This document shows, piece by piece, positions 40,128-50,664 of a DNA stretch of 64,000 nucleotides (its first letter is position 1; the number at the start of each line of letters is the position of its first letter). A program made the position numbers and the translations under genes. The notes beneath the pieces are model-generated. The model did no database searches. It saw only the letters and a program-made list of their open reading frames with translations, and was not told the origin of the DNA. The stretch is from Cenarchaeum sp. Its GTDB lineage: Archaea > Thermoproteota > Nitrososphaeria > Nitrososphaerales > Nitrosopumilaceae. Location: assembly GCA_963693095.2 (NCBI GenBank), contig OY843768.1, positions 1,632,001 to 1,696,000 of the forward strand, given 5' to 3'.

Positions 40128-41222
40128 TCATTCACCGCTAGCAAGCGAGTCAAGCGCGTCGTGGACCATGTTCGGCCCGACGCGCAGCGAGATGGTGCGC
40201 CGGTCAAGCTCGCGCGGGCTCGCATGGCTGCGTGACGGGCGCGCCGCGCACGCGCGCTCGATATGGCGCGCCATTGATCCAATTCCGGCAGCGGCCGCAT
40301 GCGAGTCGATGCGCGACTCGACGCCGGTCAGCGGCAGCGACGCGGCGAGGCCAGAGGCCCGCACGCGCTCGATGAGCGCATCAGAGGCGTCCTCGGCGTG
40401 AACCAGCGGCGAGGTCGGCACGCAGACGCGCCGCACGCCAGCACGCCGTGCCGAGTCGATCGCAGCATCGACTGCAGCGCCCAAAAGCGCCGAACCGCGC
40501 GCGGCTGACACCCTGACAATGTCAGCATCAGTCGAGGCGCGCGGGATCGAGGAGGCTATGCGGCATATCGGGCGCATTAGGCGCGTGCGCGCAGCATCCG
40601 TAGAGTGGACCATGACGGGCAGGACGTCATGGCCCTGGCGCAGGACCTCGAGCATGGAGACGGCCGAGAGCTCGTCATGGACGGGGCAGGCGACAGGGCC
40701 GGCGTGGAGGCCAAACGGGACGCCCCCGCGGCCGGCATCCGAGAATATGCTCACGTACGACGCCGAGGGCGCAACATGCGCGTGGAGGACCCTGTCATGG
40801 GCCGAGTCCGTGCCCGGCCGCGCGCCAGTCTGCGACGCAGACGCCACAATGGCCGACGTCGCGGCGAGCTCGGCATCACGCGGCAGGTATCCGGACGTTT
40901 TGCCGCCGACGCGCACGACAAAGCGCTCGCCCTTTAGGAGAAGGCTAGAGGCCGTCTGCGAGATGGCCGCGACGAGCGCGGCCATGCCGGTGCCTGCCAT
41001 GCGCGCTATGGAGACCTGCCCGACTCCAAAGAGGAGGCCGACTGCCGAGGACGCAAAGACGGGATCGTCAGCCTCTATGGCGATAACGTCACCGTCGCGG
41101 CGAACTGACGTGAATCCCAGCGAGCGTGACTTTAGCATCGATTTCACGTTGGAGGCAAGGAGTGCTGCGCGTCGGCGCGAAAAGGCGTTGGGAATGACGG
41201 CCACGAGGGCGCTCTGGTCCAT
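40128..41222 (-). CDS. THUMP-domain ThiI-like protein (degenerate PP-loop)
   Basis: LLFGV, ERFVVRV and GRGGVP pattern of ThiI; no SGGxDS. Confidence 0.65.
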   Translation of the reverse strand: MDQSALVAVIPNAFSRRRAALLASNVKSMLKSRSLGFTSVRRDGDVIAIEADDPVFASSAVGLLFGVGQVSIARMAGTGMAALVAAISQTASSLLLKGERFVVRVGGKTSGYLPRDAELAATSAIVASASQTGARPGTDSAHDRVLHAHVAPSASYVSIFSDAGRGGVPFGLHAGPVACPVHDELSAVSMLEVLRQGHDVLPVMVHSTDAARTRLMRPICRIASSIPRASTDADIVRVSAARGSALLGAAVDAAIDSARRAGVRRVCVPTSPLVHAEDASDALIERVRASGLAASLPLTGVESRIDSHAAAAGIGSMARHIERACAARPSRSHASPRELDRRTISLRVGPNMVHDALDSLASGE

Positions 41223-41277
41223 GTGTGCTCCACGGGGCCCGCGGGCCTGCTTATAACTCAATTAGGCCCCCGGGGCC

Positions 41278-41386
41278 GTATGAGGTCAGCGCCGCTCTGC
41301 CCATTTGGCTAAATAGACGTGATCCTGCCGATCTATTTACCGAGACAGCGCCGCGCGAGCGAGAGCCAGGGGTGCCTGCCTCACAC
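41278..41386. mobile_element. IS66-type MITE, copy 6 (degenerate)
   Basis: Left inverted repeat clear, right one eroded. Confidence 0.7.
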
Positions 41387-41569
41387 GCAAGGCTCGCAGG
41401 CGGTCATATGGGTAGGTACGGCGAATCAAGGGTCGGATCTGCCAAAAAACCCCAACGGGGCACTAGGCCGTGTGCGCTTGGAGTCAGGGTCACTCGCATG
41501 ACAAGCACGCCGGAGATGTGCGTGCGTAAGGCGTTGCTTTTATTAAGCCTCACAGTACGTTAGCGTGCG

Positions 41570-41896
41570 ATGAAGCAGCAAGACCAGTCATTCACAATAC
41601 CCCCCAAACTATTCCACAACTCCCATGTGGCTCACGATATAAAGTTAGGAGTGGCACATTGCGAGGGAACCGAGCTTACCTGCTTGACGCGTCCACAGCT
41701 CACCATCATGTGCAAGCTTCCACTTGACCCAGTTTATGTCGACAAAACCGATGACGCTGAGGTTCTCCATTACCGAGCGGCCGACATGGTTGCAGGCAAG
41801 CTGTACAAGTTTGAATGGGGCGGCGAGCACTTTGCCGCATTAAAGTCAAAGGACGGAGTCGAGATTCTAAAGTTTTATCCTGACGGCAGCAGCTGA
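41570..41896 (+). CDS. Hypothetical protein (108 aa)
   Basis: TTTATTAA box about 30 nt upstream; paralogue at 24.7-25.0 kb. Confidence 0.7.
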   Translation: MKQQDQSFTIPPKLFHNSHVAHDIKLGVAHCEGTELTCLTRPQLTIMCKLPLDPVYVDKTDDAEVLHYRAADMVAGKLYKFEWGGEHFAALKSKDGVEILKFYPDGSS

Positions 41897-42030
41897 CAAG
41901 AGGTGGGGGTTAATCCCAGAGCGGGGCAGCACAATCGAGTCAAAAAAGGCGGGCGCTCATGCTGCCAGCGGGGTGCTGTGCGCCTCCATTCCTCAAAGGA
42001 TTTATTAAGTACATTACGCGTCGCCTGACG

Positions 42031-42100
42031 CAAGGTGTTGCCAGTCTGATGGTCACCCCAGGGGCGGCGGGAGCGGCTGTAGAGCCGCACCGCCGTTCCG
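42031..42100 (+). ncRNA. Candidate DUF3800-associated RNA, subfamily 2, copy 1
   Basis: TTTATTAA at 42001; CAAGG start; bulged GC hairpin GGCGG-GA-GCGGCT-GTAG-AGCCGC-A-CCGCC. Confidence 0.7.
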
Positions 42101-42829
42101 ACTTCTCCAAATAATGGTAAAAGTTCTTTCCTCTCCCCTGACGGACGTTTCCATAGACTGCACCATCTCTAAAAATGCTTTTTCAAAATTTTTGTCGCCG
42201 TTTCTGTACCTCTTTACAACATATGCTATGAGATCAGCTATCTGTATTGGTACACTGTTCTTTGAATCAACATATTCTATTCCAGTCACGTGACTAGTTT
42301 GTATGTTTGATATTGTGCTGTTGCCCTGTTTAGAGTTTGTGAATGCCGCAGCAATTTTTTTCTGATGGCTTTCTGTTACATAGTCTGAAACTATGCGTAC
42401 AGTATCTGCCGTTTCACTAGTGTGCACAAACTGGTCAAGACGCTCAAACAGGATTGTCACGGCATATTCTAGAATCTTATCTCTATTGTGCGCTTTGGAG
42501 CCTTTTTTATTGGACACTAGTACGCAAAAAAGAGTCACATCGTGTTCACGTACAATCGTTAAAGCAGCATTAAAAATGGCGATTCTTTGCATGGTCGTTC
42601 TTACTCGCAGGCCTCGTTTTTGTCGTGGCTTAGATCCACGCATCATGTCTTTCCCATGTAGCTCCCACGAGTCGGGATCGTCTTCTGGAGCCAATCCGCG
42701 CTTGAACTCACGCACCGCACAACTTAATTTTGCAATCGTTGCTGGACTTCCAATAATGCATGCGAGCACAAACTCGTTACTTTTTTCGTCTTTGCCCGCT
42801 TCATCCACGTAGGCTGTCCATTCTACCAT
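42053..42829 (-). CDS. DUF3800-family protein, subfamily 2, copy 1
   Basis: AYVDEAG, ELHG and IQIADLIAY motifs; the C-terminus reads through into the RNA element. Confidence 0.88.
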   Translation of the reverse strand: MVEWTAYVDEAGKDEKSNEFVLACIIGSPATIAKLSCAVREFKRGLAPEDDPDSWELHGKDMMRGSKPRQKRGLRVRTTMQRIAIFNAALTIVREHDVTLFCVLVSNKKGSKAHNRDKILEYAVTILFERLDQFVHTSETADTVRIVSDYVTESHQKKIAAAFTNSKQGNSTISNIQTSHVTGIEYVDSKNSVPIQIADLIAYVVKRYRNGDKNFEKAFLEMVQSMETSVRGEERTFTIIWRSRNGGAALQPLPPPLG

Positions 42830-43177
42830 GTGAGGCACCTTGCCCCGACATACAGCAGGCTCATCGTTGTTGGATCGGCGCGTTGATCGCCTGCGATCAT
42901 GATCGCACGTATTGATCCCGTCATCTGCAATTGACACTCCTGTATGCTTTTGTCATGATCCCACAACAATTATTTACAAAGCGGATCCGTTGTGTTGACA
43001 ATGATCGCAGGGTGTCAGCGCTTCAACTGCGATCTAGTCCCGTCAGGCCCTAACAGTCGAGCACGTGCCAGAACCGGCTCAGGGCAATGCGTGGTCGAGC
43101 ACGTCCAAGAGAGACCCACATGATTACGCACCAAACCTGGCGATATGTTTACAAGGATCCCGCCTGGCAGCCTGACT

Positions 43178-43248
43178 CAAGGTGAAAAGCCGGTCTGAGT
43201 GCCACCCCAGGGGCGGCGGCGGCGGCCATATGGCTGCACCGCCGTCCC
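43178..43248 (+). ncRNA. Candidate DUF3800-associated RNA, subfamily 2, copy 2 (orphan)
   Basis: TTTACAAG at 43148; GCGGCC-ATAT-GGCTGC inner stem. Confidence 0.62.
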
Positions 43249-43356
43249 GCTTTTAAGATATGACAAGGGTGCCAGAACCGGCTTTGGGGCAACACACAGC
43301 TGAGCGCATCCACGAGAGACCCCTTTCGGGATATCCATTCGTGGAAAGCCTGGCAC

Positions 43357-43457
43357 GTATGAGGCCAGCACCACCACGCCCCTTTTGGTCAAATAGGCGC
43401 GATCTTGCCGTGGCACCTGGGCCCAAACATATGCGTGCGGCAGTGTTGGCCCCATGC
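43357..43457. mobile_element. IS66-type MITE, copy 7 (degenerate)
   Basis: GTATGAGGCCAGCACC left end and interior similarity. Confidence 0.65.
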
Positions 43458-43510
43458 ACCCCCCGCGCGGCAACAAGTTATATGGCAATGCAGGCGGCCT
43501 CTGCGCGCAG

Positions 43511-44233
43511 ATGAGGCGCTTTACGCAGGCAGAGGCCAGGGAGATAGGCGACGGCCTAGACACGCCAGAGGCGACCCTAGAGTGGGCACTCGGCGAGCTC
43601 CACCCAAGGATAGCAAAGGCGTCTAGCCTCGGGGCCGAGGACTCGGTCATAATACACATGATGGCCGCCATCAGAAAGGACGCGCGCCTCATCACGCTTG
43701 ACACGGGCCGGCTCAACGCCGAGACGTATGCGGTCATGGAGACCATGAAGGAGAGGTATGGCGTGCGCTTTGAGGTCGTCTGCCCCGAGGCAGCCGAGGT
43801 CTCCGAGATGGTCAACGAGCACGGAGTAAACCTCTTTTACAAGAGCGTCGAGAACCGCATCATGTGCTGCGGCGTGCGAAAGGTAAACCCGCTAAGGCGG
43901 GCCCTCGCCGGACTCGACGCGTGGATAACGGGGGTTCGCTCCGATCAGACCGAGAACCGGCGCGATGCGGGCCGCATAGAGGTCGATGAGAGCCACGGCG
44001 GGATACTAAAGGTAAACCCGCTCGTGTCGTGGACGTGGGATGACGTCTGGTCCTATATCAAAAAGAATGACATTCCGTATCACCCGCTACTTGACAGCGG
44101 ATACAAGAGCATCGGTTGCGCGCCGTGCACGCGCGCGGTTCGCGACGGCGAGGGCCTGCGCGACGGACGATGGTGGTGGGAGGGCCAGTCCGGCAGCAAG
44201 GAGTGCGGCCTCCACGTGGAGCGTGGCGCATAG
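43511..44233 (+). CDS. cysH: Adenylylsulfate/phosphoadenylylsulfate reductase
   Basis: [18 protein letters not shown] and ECGLH motifs. Confidence 0.93.
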   Translation: MRRFTQAEAREIGDGLDTPEATLEWALGELHPRIAKASSLGAEDSVIIHMMAAIRKDARLITLDTGRLNAETYAVMETMKERYGVRFEVVCPEAAEVSEMVNEHGVNLFYKSVENRIMCCGVRKVNPLRRALAGLDAWITGVRSDQTENRRDAGRIEVDESHGGILKVNPLVSWTWDDVWSYIKKNDIPYHPLLDSGYKSIGCAPCTRAVRDGEGLRDGRWWWEGQSGSKECGLHVERGA

Positions 44234-44235
44234 CC

Positions 44236-45363
44236 ATGGCAATAAAGCCACACGGCGGCAAGCTCGTCAACTGTGTCTCCTCCGAGTCAGCGCCAGACGG
44301 ACTCGCCGAGCTCGAGGTGCGGGCCGGCGCGATGAGTGACATTGAGAATATCGCCGACGGGATATTCAGTCCCCTAGAGGGCTTTCTCGGCGAGGCAGAC
44401 CTGGCCGCCGTCATCAAGGACGGCAGGCTAGCTGACGGAACCGCCTGGACGATTCCCATACTCCTTGACGTCAGCGCAGATGACGCAAGGGCCGCACTCG
44501 ATGCCGGCGAGGTCCTGCTGCGCGAGGGCGAGGGCAGGGCAGTGATGCAGATAGAAGAGTCCCATACGCTTGATCGCGGCGCGCTTGCGCGCGGGATATA
44601 CGGGACAGAGGATGCGGCCCACCCCGGAGTGGCGAGCACGGCGGCGATGCGCGAGACGCTCCTTGGGGGCAAGATACGCCTCATCAGGCGGCCGGCGGAC
44701 TCGACTCTGAGGCGGCAAAGGATGACTCCCGTGCAGACGCGCGAGGCCTTTGAGGCCGCCGGCTGGAAGGAGATCGTCGCGTTTCAGACGCGCAACCCGC
44801 CGCACGTCGCCCACGAGATGCTCCAAAAGGCAGCACTAGCCACGCGCGACGGCGTGTTTGTCAACCCGCTCGTGGGCAAGAAAAAGTCCGGCGACTTTGC
44901 CGATGATGTCATCATAGGCGCATACGAGGAGATGATTCGCGCATACTATCCGGAGAACCGCTGTGTCCTAGGCACGCTCCACACGGAGATGAGGTATGCC
45001 GGCCCAAAGGAGGCCATACACCACGCGATAATGCGCCAGAACTATGGCTGCACGCAGATCATTATCGGCCGTGACCACGCCGGTGTCGGCAAGTACTATG
45101 AGCCCTTTGCGGCACACGAGATATTTGGCTCGTACGGCGACCTCGACATAGAGCCCGTCTTTTTCCCGGCCGTCTTTTACTGCAGCTCGTGCCTTGCGTT
45201 CTCTACGGCAAAGGGGTGCCCGCACGGTCCGGAGAGCCGACTCAACGTGTCTGGCACGGCGCTGCGCGAGATGTTCCAGGCCGGCAAGACGCCAAGCGAG
45301 TACACGATGCGCCCAGAGGTAACGCGCCTCATAGAGGGCCACGCCTCGCCGTTTGTGGAGTGA
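44236..45363 (+). CDS. sat: Sulfate adenylyltransferase
   Basis: [14 protein letters not shown] and GRDHAG motifs. Confidence 0.95.
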   Translation: MAIKPHGGKLVNCVSSESAPDGLAELEVRAGAMSDIENIADGIFSPLEGFLGEADLAAVIKDGRLADGTAWTIPILLDVSADDARAALDAGEVLLREGEGRAVMQIEESHTLDRGALARGIYGTEDAAHPGVASTAAMRETLLGGKIRLIRRPADSTLRRQRMTPVQTREAFEAAGWKEIVAFQTRNPPHVAHEMLQKAALATRDGVFVNPLVGKKKSGDFADDVIIGAYEEMIRAYYPENRCVLGTLHTEMRYAGPKEAIHHAIMRQNYGCTQIIIGRDHAGVGKYYEPFAAHEIFGSYGDLDIEPVFFPAVFYCSSCLAFSTAKGCPHGPESRLNVSGTALREMFQAGKTPSEYTMRPEVTRLIEGHASPFVE

Positions 45364-45366
45364 GCC

Positions 45367-46032
45367 ATGAGGGCAGCACTCGCGCTCGTGGCCCTGGCAA
45401 CAGTCACGCTTGGCGCACACGCGCAAGAGGAGATAAACCCGTCACTTGGCATAGTCGACGTAGAGGTTGGCGCGGCTGACTTTAACGTCGTCGCGCGCGA
45501 TGCCGCAGTGAACGGACTTGATGCGGTACATGACACGAGCTGGCAGGTGACCATCCGCAACGGCCTAGAGTATGTCGAGGGAGGCAAGGGAGCGGTCCTG
45601 CGCCTCCATGACGCCGAGGAGGAGGGCAAGTTCATCGAGGTCGGCATGGGTCCGCCGCCAGACAGGATGTTCTGGGCCGCAGTCAGCCTGCCTAGTGCCG
45701 AGGGGTACGTGCCGGTCCACTCGATGGCCGAGCGCGGGTGGTCCCCGTCATCGGCAGTCATCGTCGCGTACACGGATCGCGCCGGGATGACGATAAACAA
45801 CGGCCAGAGGATCGTCGTCTCAAACCTTGATGTCGGCGAGTTTGCGATATCGTCGTGGTCGGCCCACGCAGTAGAGTCGTACCTTGATGGGCCCTCAGTG
45901 GCGTCTGGCACGTACTCTTTTGAGATACTCTCCGGAGATCCCGCCGAGAACGCGTTTCACCTATTTCCGTTCTATGTCACAGCAGCCGTGGGCGCGCTGG
46001 CAGGGCTCCTCTTTTTGACAAAGCGCCGCTGA
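45367..46032 (+). CDS. Membrane-anchored secreted hypothetical protein
   Basis: Signal peptide and a C-terminal TM helix followed by KRR. Confidence 0.75.
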   Translation: MRAALALVALATVTLGAHAQEEINPSLGIVDVEVGAADFNVVARDAAVNGLDAVHDTSWQVTIRNGLEYVEGGKGAVLRLHDAEEEGKFIEVGMGPPPDRMFWAAVSLPSAEGYVPVHSMAERGWSPSSAVIVAYTDRAGMTINNGQRIVVSNLDVGEFAISSWSAHAVESYLDGPSVASGTYSFEILSGDPAENAFHLFPFYVTAAVGALAGLLFLTKRR

Positions 46033-46040
46033 GACGTGCG

Positions 46041-46739
46041 CTATTTGGCCCGCTTACGCACCGGTGCCCCGCGAGTTATACTGCGATAGTATGCGCAGTG
46101 CCGGCGTATCTTGCATACGTCGCACATTGGCGATATGGGCTTGCAGATGTTCTGCCCATACATGACAAACGTGTCGTTTATCTCTAGCCAGTATCGCCGC
46201 GGAATCGCCTCGGTGAGCGCAGTCTCAGTCTCCTCGGGCGTCTTTGTGCTTGCGATGCCAAGGCGGTTTGATATGCGGTGGACATGTATGTCCACGGGTA
46301 TGGCCGGCTCGTCAAACGCGTAAACTAGGACACAGTTTGCAGTCTTGCGCCCAACGCCGGGAAGCTCTAGGAGCGCGTCGAGGCGTTTTGGGACGCGGCC
46401 ACCATGGCGCGAGGAGATGATCCTTGCCACGTCGATTATGCGGCGCGCCTTTACGCGATAGAATCCAATCGAGTGGATTATGCGCTCCACGTCGCGAACC
46501 CTTGCGCCGGCGAGCTCGGTCGGTGTCCTGTACCGCTCAAAGAGGCGGCGCACGACCTTGGCCGTGTTCTCATCCCTTGTGCGCGCCGAGAGGATTGTGC
46601 CGATGAGTATGCTAAACGGGCCAGTCTCGGCCTCGTGGAGCTCGCGCAGCGCAGTCATGCGCGGCGGGCGGACGGCATTCATTGTGGAGCGCATGCCTGT
46701 CAGTATCTCCCTGATCGGCGGGACGCGGCGTGCTGCCAT
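46041..46739 (-). CDS. nth: Endonuclease III
   Basis: LPGVGRKTA HhH motif, VDIH, and CKPISPMCDVC..C iron-sulfur motif. Confidence 0.93.
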   Translation of the reverse strand: MAARRVPPIREILTGMRSTMNAVRPPRMTALRELHEAETGPFSILIGTILSARTRDENTAKVVRRLFERYRTPTELAGARVRDVERIIHSIGFYRVKARRIIDVARIISSRHGGRVPKRLDALLELPGVGRKTANCVLVYAFDEPAIPVDIHVHRISNRLGIASTKTPEETETALTEAIPRRYWLEINDTFVMYGQNICKPISPMCDVCKIRRHCAYYRSITRGAPVRKRAK

Positions 46740-46915
46740 GCGCGGCGTGTTAGCGCAGGGGTGTATATACCACGCCGTGGCAAGCCCTGGTGCTCAGCGC
46801 ACATCAGTCACGTCGGCGCAAGCAGTGCAGTTGTGAGCGGGGCAAGCGTATGCGTGGACAAGCCCTCGTGCCGGATAACATTAATATCATAAAAGCGAGC
46901 TTCGCGTGCCGTACA

Positions 46916-47446
46916 ATGGCACTCTTTCTCAAGTCCCATGACATATCGGGGCAAAACCCGTGGTGGGGGGAGTCATACTCTGTGCGCGACGATCCTCGTC
47001 TCGCCGGGTATGTTGGCAACATGGGCCACAAGACCATGTCGTACCTAGTCAGTATACCCCACGCGTGGATGCCAGATGGACCACGGTTCTATAATGTGAC
47101 AGTCTCCTCACACTATGCCGCAGCGCCAATGGCGCTGTTAAAGGTGTTGGATCTCCTAGAGGGCAACGTCAAGCCAATGTGCGTGTTTCACTATGACTTT
47201 GCGCAACACTCAACACGCAAGAGCATACGTGAGGTGATCAAACAGTACGTCTCGAAAAGCAGGCGCGAATGTGGCACTAATCACCGCTACCTGCTTTTGG
47301 AACGCTTTTTGCACATTCCACAATGGAGGAATGAGCTAAGGGAGCTCTTTATTGATGGCGTGTTTGCTGACTGCACGACTGTCACGTTTTGTATTCTAGA
47401 TAATGTGGATCACGAAATGGCAGAATCACGGCCATGGCTGCCCTGA
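46916..47446 (+). CDS. Hypothetical protein with a degenerate AAA_14-like signature
   Basis: QNPWW start and YLLLER..IPQWRNELREL; paralogue at 62729..63258. Confidence 0.6.
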   Translation: MALFLKSHDISGQNPWWGESYSVRDDPRLAGYVGNMGHKTMSYLVSIPHAWMPDGPRFYNVTVSSHYAAAPMALLKVLDLLEGNVKPMCVFHYDFAQHSTRKSIREVIKQYVSKSRRECGTNHRYLLLERFLHIPQWRNELRELFIDGVFADCTTVTFCILDNVDHEMAESRPWLP

Positions 47447-48014
47447 CGGGAGGATCAGTCGTGGTCATGCGTGTACAATTTGAACTGCTTCGAGTAAAAC
47501 CAAATATAATATGCGCTGTGAATGGGCGCATTAGTGGAGGTTTACCTTGTGCGTTTTTGATGACTCTTATGCTGCTGTCACCCCCAGGAGCATTTGCCCA
47601 GGATCCAAGCATGGACATTGAAAAGATTGTAGAGAAACTTGACCAGCTTGAAGACACGATAGGTGGTGTAGGCACCCACTCAAATTACATGTCAGATTTG
47701 CTCCCGCCCTTAATATCACCAGTATAGAACGCTACGGAATGACGGCGTCCGAAGGCGAGTTAAAAAAACTCCGGACGACATGCCGCTCCTGGGGTTCACT
47801 GTCACCACGTGGGTTCATGGAAGTGTCCATTCCAGTGTCTCCTGACGAGTATGCGCAATCACTTGCTACTGGCGGGGCATTTCACGCAAAAATCAGGCTC
47901 ACCTACACAACGATGGAGAAAGAGAAAATGTCATACATCATACATGTGATCTATTCCAGTGATGCCGTTGATATACGCGGTTCGGCATCCTGGCAGCGCG
48001 GTGGTTCCACCTGA
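47434..48014 (+). pseudogene. Split, internally deleted paralogue of 61923..62741
   Basis: DIEKIVEKLDQLED and WGSLSPRGFMEV blocks in two ORFs; TM segment missing. Confidence 0.65.
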
Positions 48015-48230
48015 GCGGCACGGGGACCACGTGGGCATGTTTTTGGCGGCGTAGGTGACCACGCACACAAGCACGGACACCGAGCTACGGCTTGAGGGCA
48101 CAGGCTTCCCATGAATGGATCCCAAGAGGGTGCCGGATCAATATTTTTATTAGCGCGAAGTGCATAGTCGCCTCTTTATTAATAAGAGCTGGGGTTGATG
48201 CGTCGCTCATCGAGTATGCACGGTGCGCGC

Positions 48231-48611
48231 ATGATCGAGTTATTATTGCGGTGGCTCGCGGGGGTGGGCATGGTCTTTGGCAAGAGTAGGCACGTGGGCC
48301 AAGAGTGGGCACGCCTTCAGGAGGTCGAGGCAAAGCACGGCAAGGAGAGCCGCGAATACTCAAAGGCGCTCTCGCGATGGATAAGGTGCCTCAAGGCCGA
48401 GGCGGCCGTGGCCACAAAGCGCGCATACATCGCAATGGAGGGGATGCGCGCAGCCGGCGCGAGGGTCAGCAGGGCCAAGACGCTCCACGGGGCGGGCAGC
48501 AAAGAGTACGAAAGGGCAGTCGCCGAGTTCAAGGAGGCCGAGGAGCGGACTGCAGAGGCCATGCGCGCACTAGAGCCGATCCAGCGTGCGGCCCTCTCGA
48601 TCGACATATAG
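48231..48611 (+). CDS. Helical hypothetical protein
   Basis: Two HGxxSxEY repeats. Confidence 0.6.
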   Translation: MIELLLRWLAGVGMVFGKSRHVGQEWARLQEVEAKHGKESREYSKALSRWIRCLKAEAAVATKRAYIAMEGMRAAGARVSRAKTLHGAGSKEYERAVAEFKEAEERTAEAMRALEPIQRAALSIDI

Positions 48612-48656
48612 GCCGATCCGCCAACTTTTTTATTGATCCACGCGCGGCGCGTGGGC

Positions 48657-49094
48657 ATGGATCCGTTTGGGAGTCGCGGCCTCGGGGCGATCAGGGATCG
48701 CCTCCACCTGCGCCGCAAGGAGGTTCCAGACACGAACGTGTTTGGCAGGGGCGGCAGCGGCAAGAAGGAGTGGGCCGAGCTCTGCAGGGCGCGAGCCACC
48801 TATGGCGAGCAGAGTCCCGAGTACACGCGCGCCGGAACCGCATGGGTCGCGTTCCTCGGCGCCGAGACGCGCGTTCTAGGTGCCGAGACGCTCAAGGTCG
48901 AGCGCGAGAGCGAGGAGCTGCAGGCCAAGGTCATGAAGATAATCGAAAAGTACGGGAGAAACAGCCCCGAGTTCACCGAGGTCCTAAAGGAGATCGAGGA
49001 GATGGGCGTAAAGATCGCAAAGGTGACCAAGAGGCTAAAGGCCCTGCGGGCCGCAACAAGCTCGTATTTTGCAAGCCTGCCCAAATCGTTATAA
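48657..49094 (+). CDS. Helical hypothetical protein, paralogue of the preceding gene
   Basis: Two YGxxSPE(Y/F) repeats. Confidence 0.6.
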   Translation: MDPFGSRGLGAIRDRLHLRRKEVPDTNVFGRGGSGKKEWAELCRARATYGEQSPEYTRAGTAWVAFLGAETRVLGAETLKVERESEELQAKVMKIIEKYGRNSPEFTEVLKEIEEMGVKIAKVTKRLKALRAATSSYFASLPKSL

Positions 49095-49117
49095 CCGCAC
49101 CGGCTCTGCGCGCGAAC

Positions 49118-50278
49118 ATGGAGCTCTCCAGAGAGGAGGAGGCCGCACTCGACGGCAAGCGTGGCGAGTCCATGGAGATGGCGTACCGTGTCCTTGCCGC
49201 AACGGGCGAGGCGATGAACGCAAGCAGGCTAGGTGACGTTTCGTGGGTTCACCTCTCTGGCGTCAACTATAACACGATCGGCGATGCCGGCGAGCGCTTT
49301 CTAGCCGATATCGCAGCAGGCGGCGCGCGCGTGGCGACCAGGGCGACGCTCAACCCGATGGGGTATGACGCCGGCGCGCCCCATGCGCTAGACGCCAACT
49401 TTGTCAAAAAGCAGCAGAGCATCGCCGGCTCGTATGCTAGCATGGGGGTAAACATGTCGTTCTCTTGCATTCCATACGAGATATTCGCCGGAACCGAGAT
49501 CGCCCCGCCGAGGGGCAGCCGCGTCGCCTTTGCCGAGAGCAACGCGGCGATACACGCAAACTCCGTTGACGGCCTCCACACAAACAAGGAGAGCGCGTTT
49601 GGCGCACTCGCTAGCGCACTGACCGGCAAGGCCCCGATCGCCGGCGACGAGGATGCCGCCGACATCCCGACAGTCAGGCTTGATGTGGCTGACCCAAGCG
49701 ACCTCGACTATGGCCTCCTCGGCTACTTTGCCGGCCGAGTCGCGCCCCGGACGGTAAACCTCGCCGGAGCCGCAGGACCGATGGACCGGCGCAGGTGCAA
49801 GTCGCTGTGCGCCGGAATGGGGACATCAGGCACGTGCAGCCGCTTTACGCTAGATGAGGCCCCTGCCGGCGAGCGCGTCGACTTTGGGGACGCCGAGCGG
49901 GCAGCAATCCACGACGAGCTCTCCACTGCAGAGACAGGGGACATGGTGGCCCTCGGCAGCCCGCAGCTTGGGGCCGGCGAGCTAGCAGACCTTGCGGCCA
50001 TGCTAAAGGGCAGGTCGTTCCAAAAGAGGTGCATTGTGTTTTGTGCGCGCGCCTCGCGCGAGGCCGCCGAGCGCGCAGGCCACGCCGCCGAGCTCCGGCG
50101 CGCCGGATGCGAGCTCCTCGCGGACTGTTGCGCATGCCTCACGCCCCTAATCAGCGGTGATGAGGTCGATGCGGTCACGACTAGCAGCGTAAAGGGCGCA
50201 TACTATTTGTCGCGATCCAACGGTGTCGGCGTCGATCTCCGGCCGATCGCCGAGATCGTCGAGCGTGAGGCCCGATGA
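49118..50278 (+). CDS. Aconitase X catalytic subunit (phosphomevalonate dehydratase large subunit)
   Basis: HLSGVNY, TLNP, SCIPY, AESNA, GSPQ and TTSSVKG motifs. Confidence 0.88.
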   Translation: MELSREEEAALDGKRGESMEMAYRVLAATGEAMNASRLGDVSWVHLSGVNYNTIGDAGERFLADIAAGGARVATRATLNPMGYDAGAPHALDANFVKKQQSIAGSYASMGVNMSFSCIPYEIFAGTEIAPPRGSRVAFAESNAAIHANSVDGLHTNKESAFGALASALTGKAPIAGDEDAADIPTVRLDVADPSDLDYGLLGYFAGRVAPRTVNLAGAAGPMDRRRCKSLCAGMGTSGTCSRFTLDEAPAGERVDFGDAERAAIHDELSTAETGDMVALGSPQLGAGELADLAAMLKGRSFQKRCIVFCARASREAAERAGHAAELRRAGCELLADCCACLTPLISGDEVDAVTTSSVKGAYYLSRSNGVGVDLRPIAEIVEREAR

Positions 50279-50664
50279 GCCCAAAGACCATCGTGGCCGG
50301 AAGGGCGTCAGGAACCGTCCTAAAGTCCTCGCGCGCGATCAACTTTCTTGGAATGGTCGACGCAGTCAGCGGCACGATAACTGACGCGTCGCACGATCTC
50401 TGCGGCAAGAGCCTGCGCGGGACCATACTCGCGTTTCCGCACGGCATAGGCAGCAGCGTTGGCGCATACACCGTGTACGCGCTAAAGGCCAACGGCGTGG
50501 CACCCGCGGCGATGGTCTGCACACGGCCAGACGCGAGTGTCGTGTCAGGGTGCGCAATAGCCGGAATTCCGCTCATGCTAGTCGACGAGGAGGCATACGC
50601 GCGCATGCGAGGCGGCGACATTTGGGCCATTGACACAGTCGCGCAGACTATCGAGCCGGCCTAG
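50275..50664 (+). CDS. Aconitase X swivel subunit (DUF126)
   Basis: INFLG.VD and FPHGIGSSVG motifs; overlaps the large subunit stop codon. Confidence 0.88.
   Translation: MSPKTIVAGRASGTVLKSSRAINFLGMVDAVSGTITDASHDLCGKSLRGTILAFPHGIGSSVGAYTVYALKANGVAPAAMVCTRPDASVVSGCAIAGIPLMLVDEEAYARMRGGDIWAIDTVAQTIEPA

Noticed and set aside
42045-42100. CTGATG-like motif in the subfamily 2 RNA read as a hammerhead ribozyme core
   Set aside because: The copies read CTGATGG, CTGAGTG, CTGAAGG and CGGATGG; there is no CUGANGA plus GAAA pair and no three-stem junction.
48305-49117. 657 aa ORF suggesting an N-terminal fusion to aconitase X
   Set aside because: The extension is Arg/Gly-rich off-frame sequence over two other genes; homology starts at ATG 49118, after a TTATAA box.
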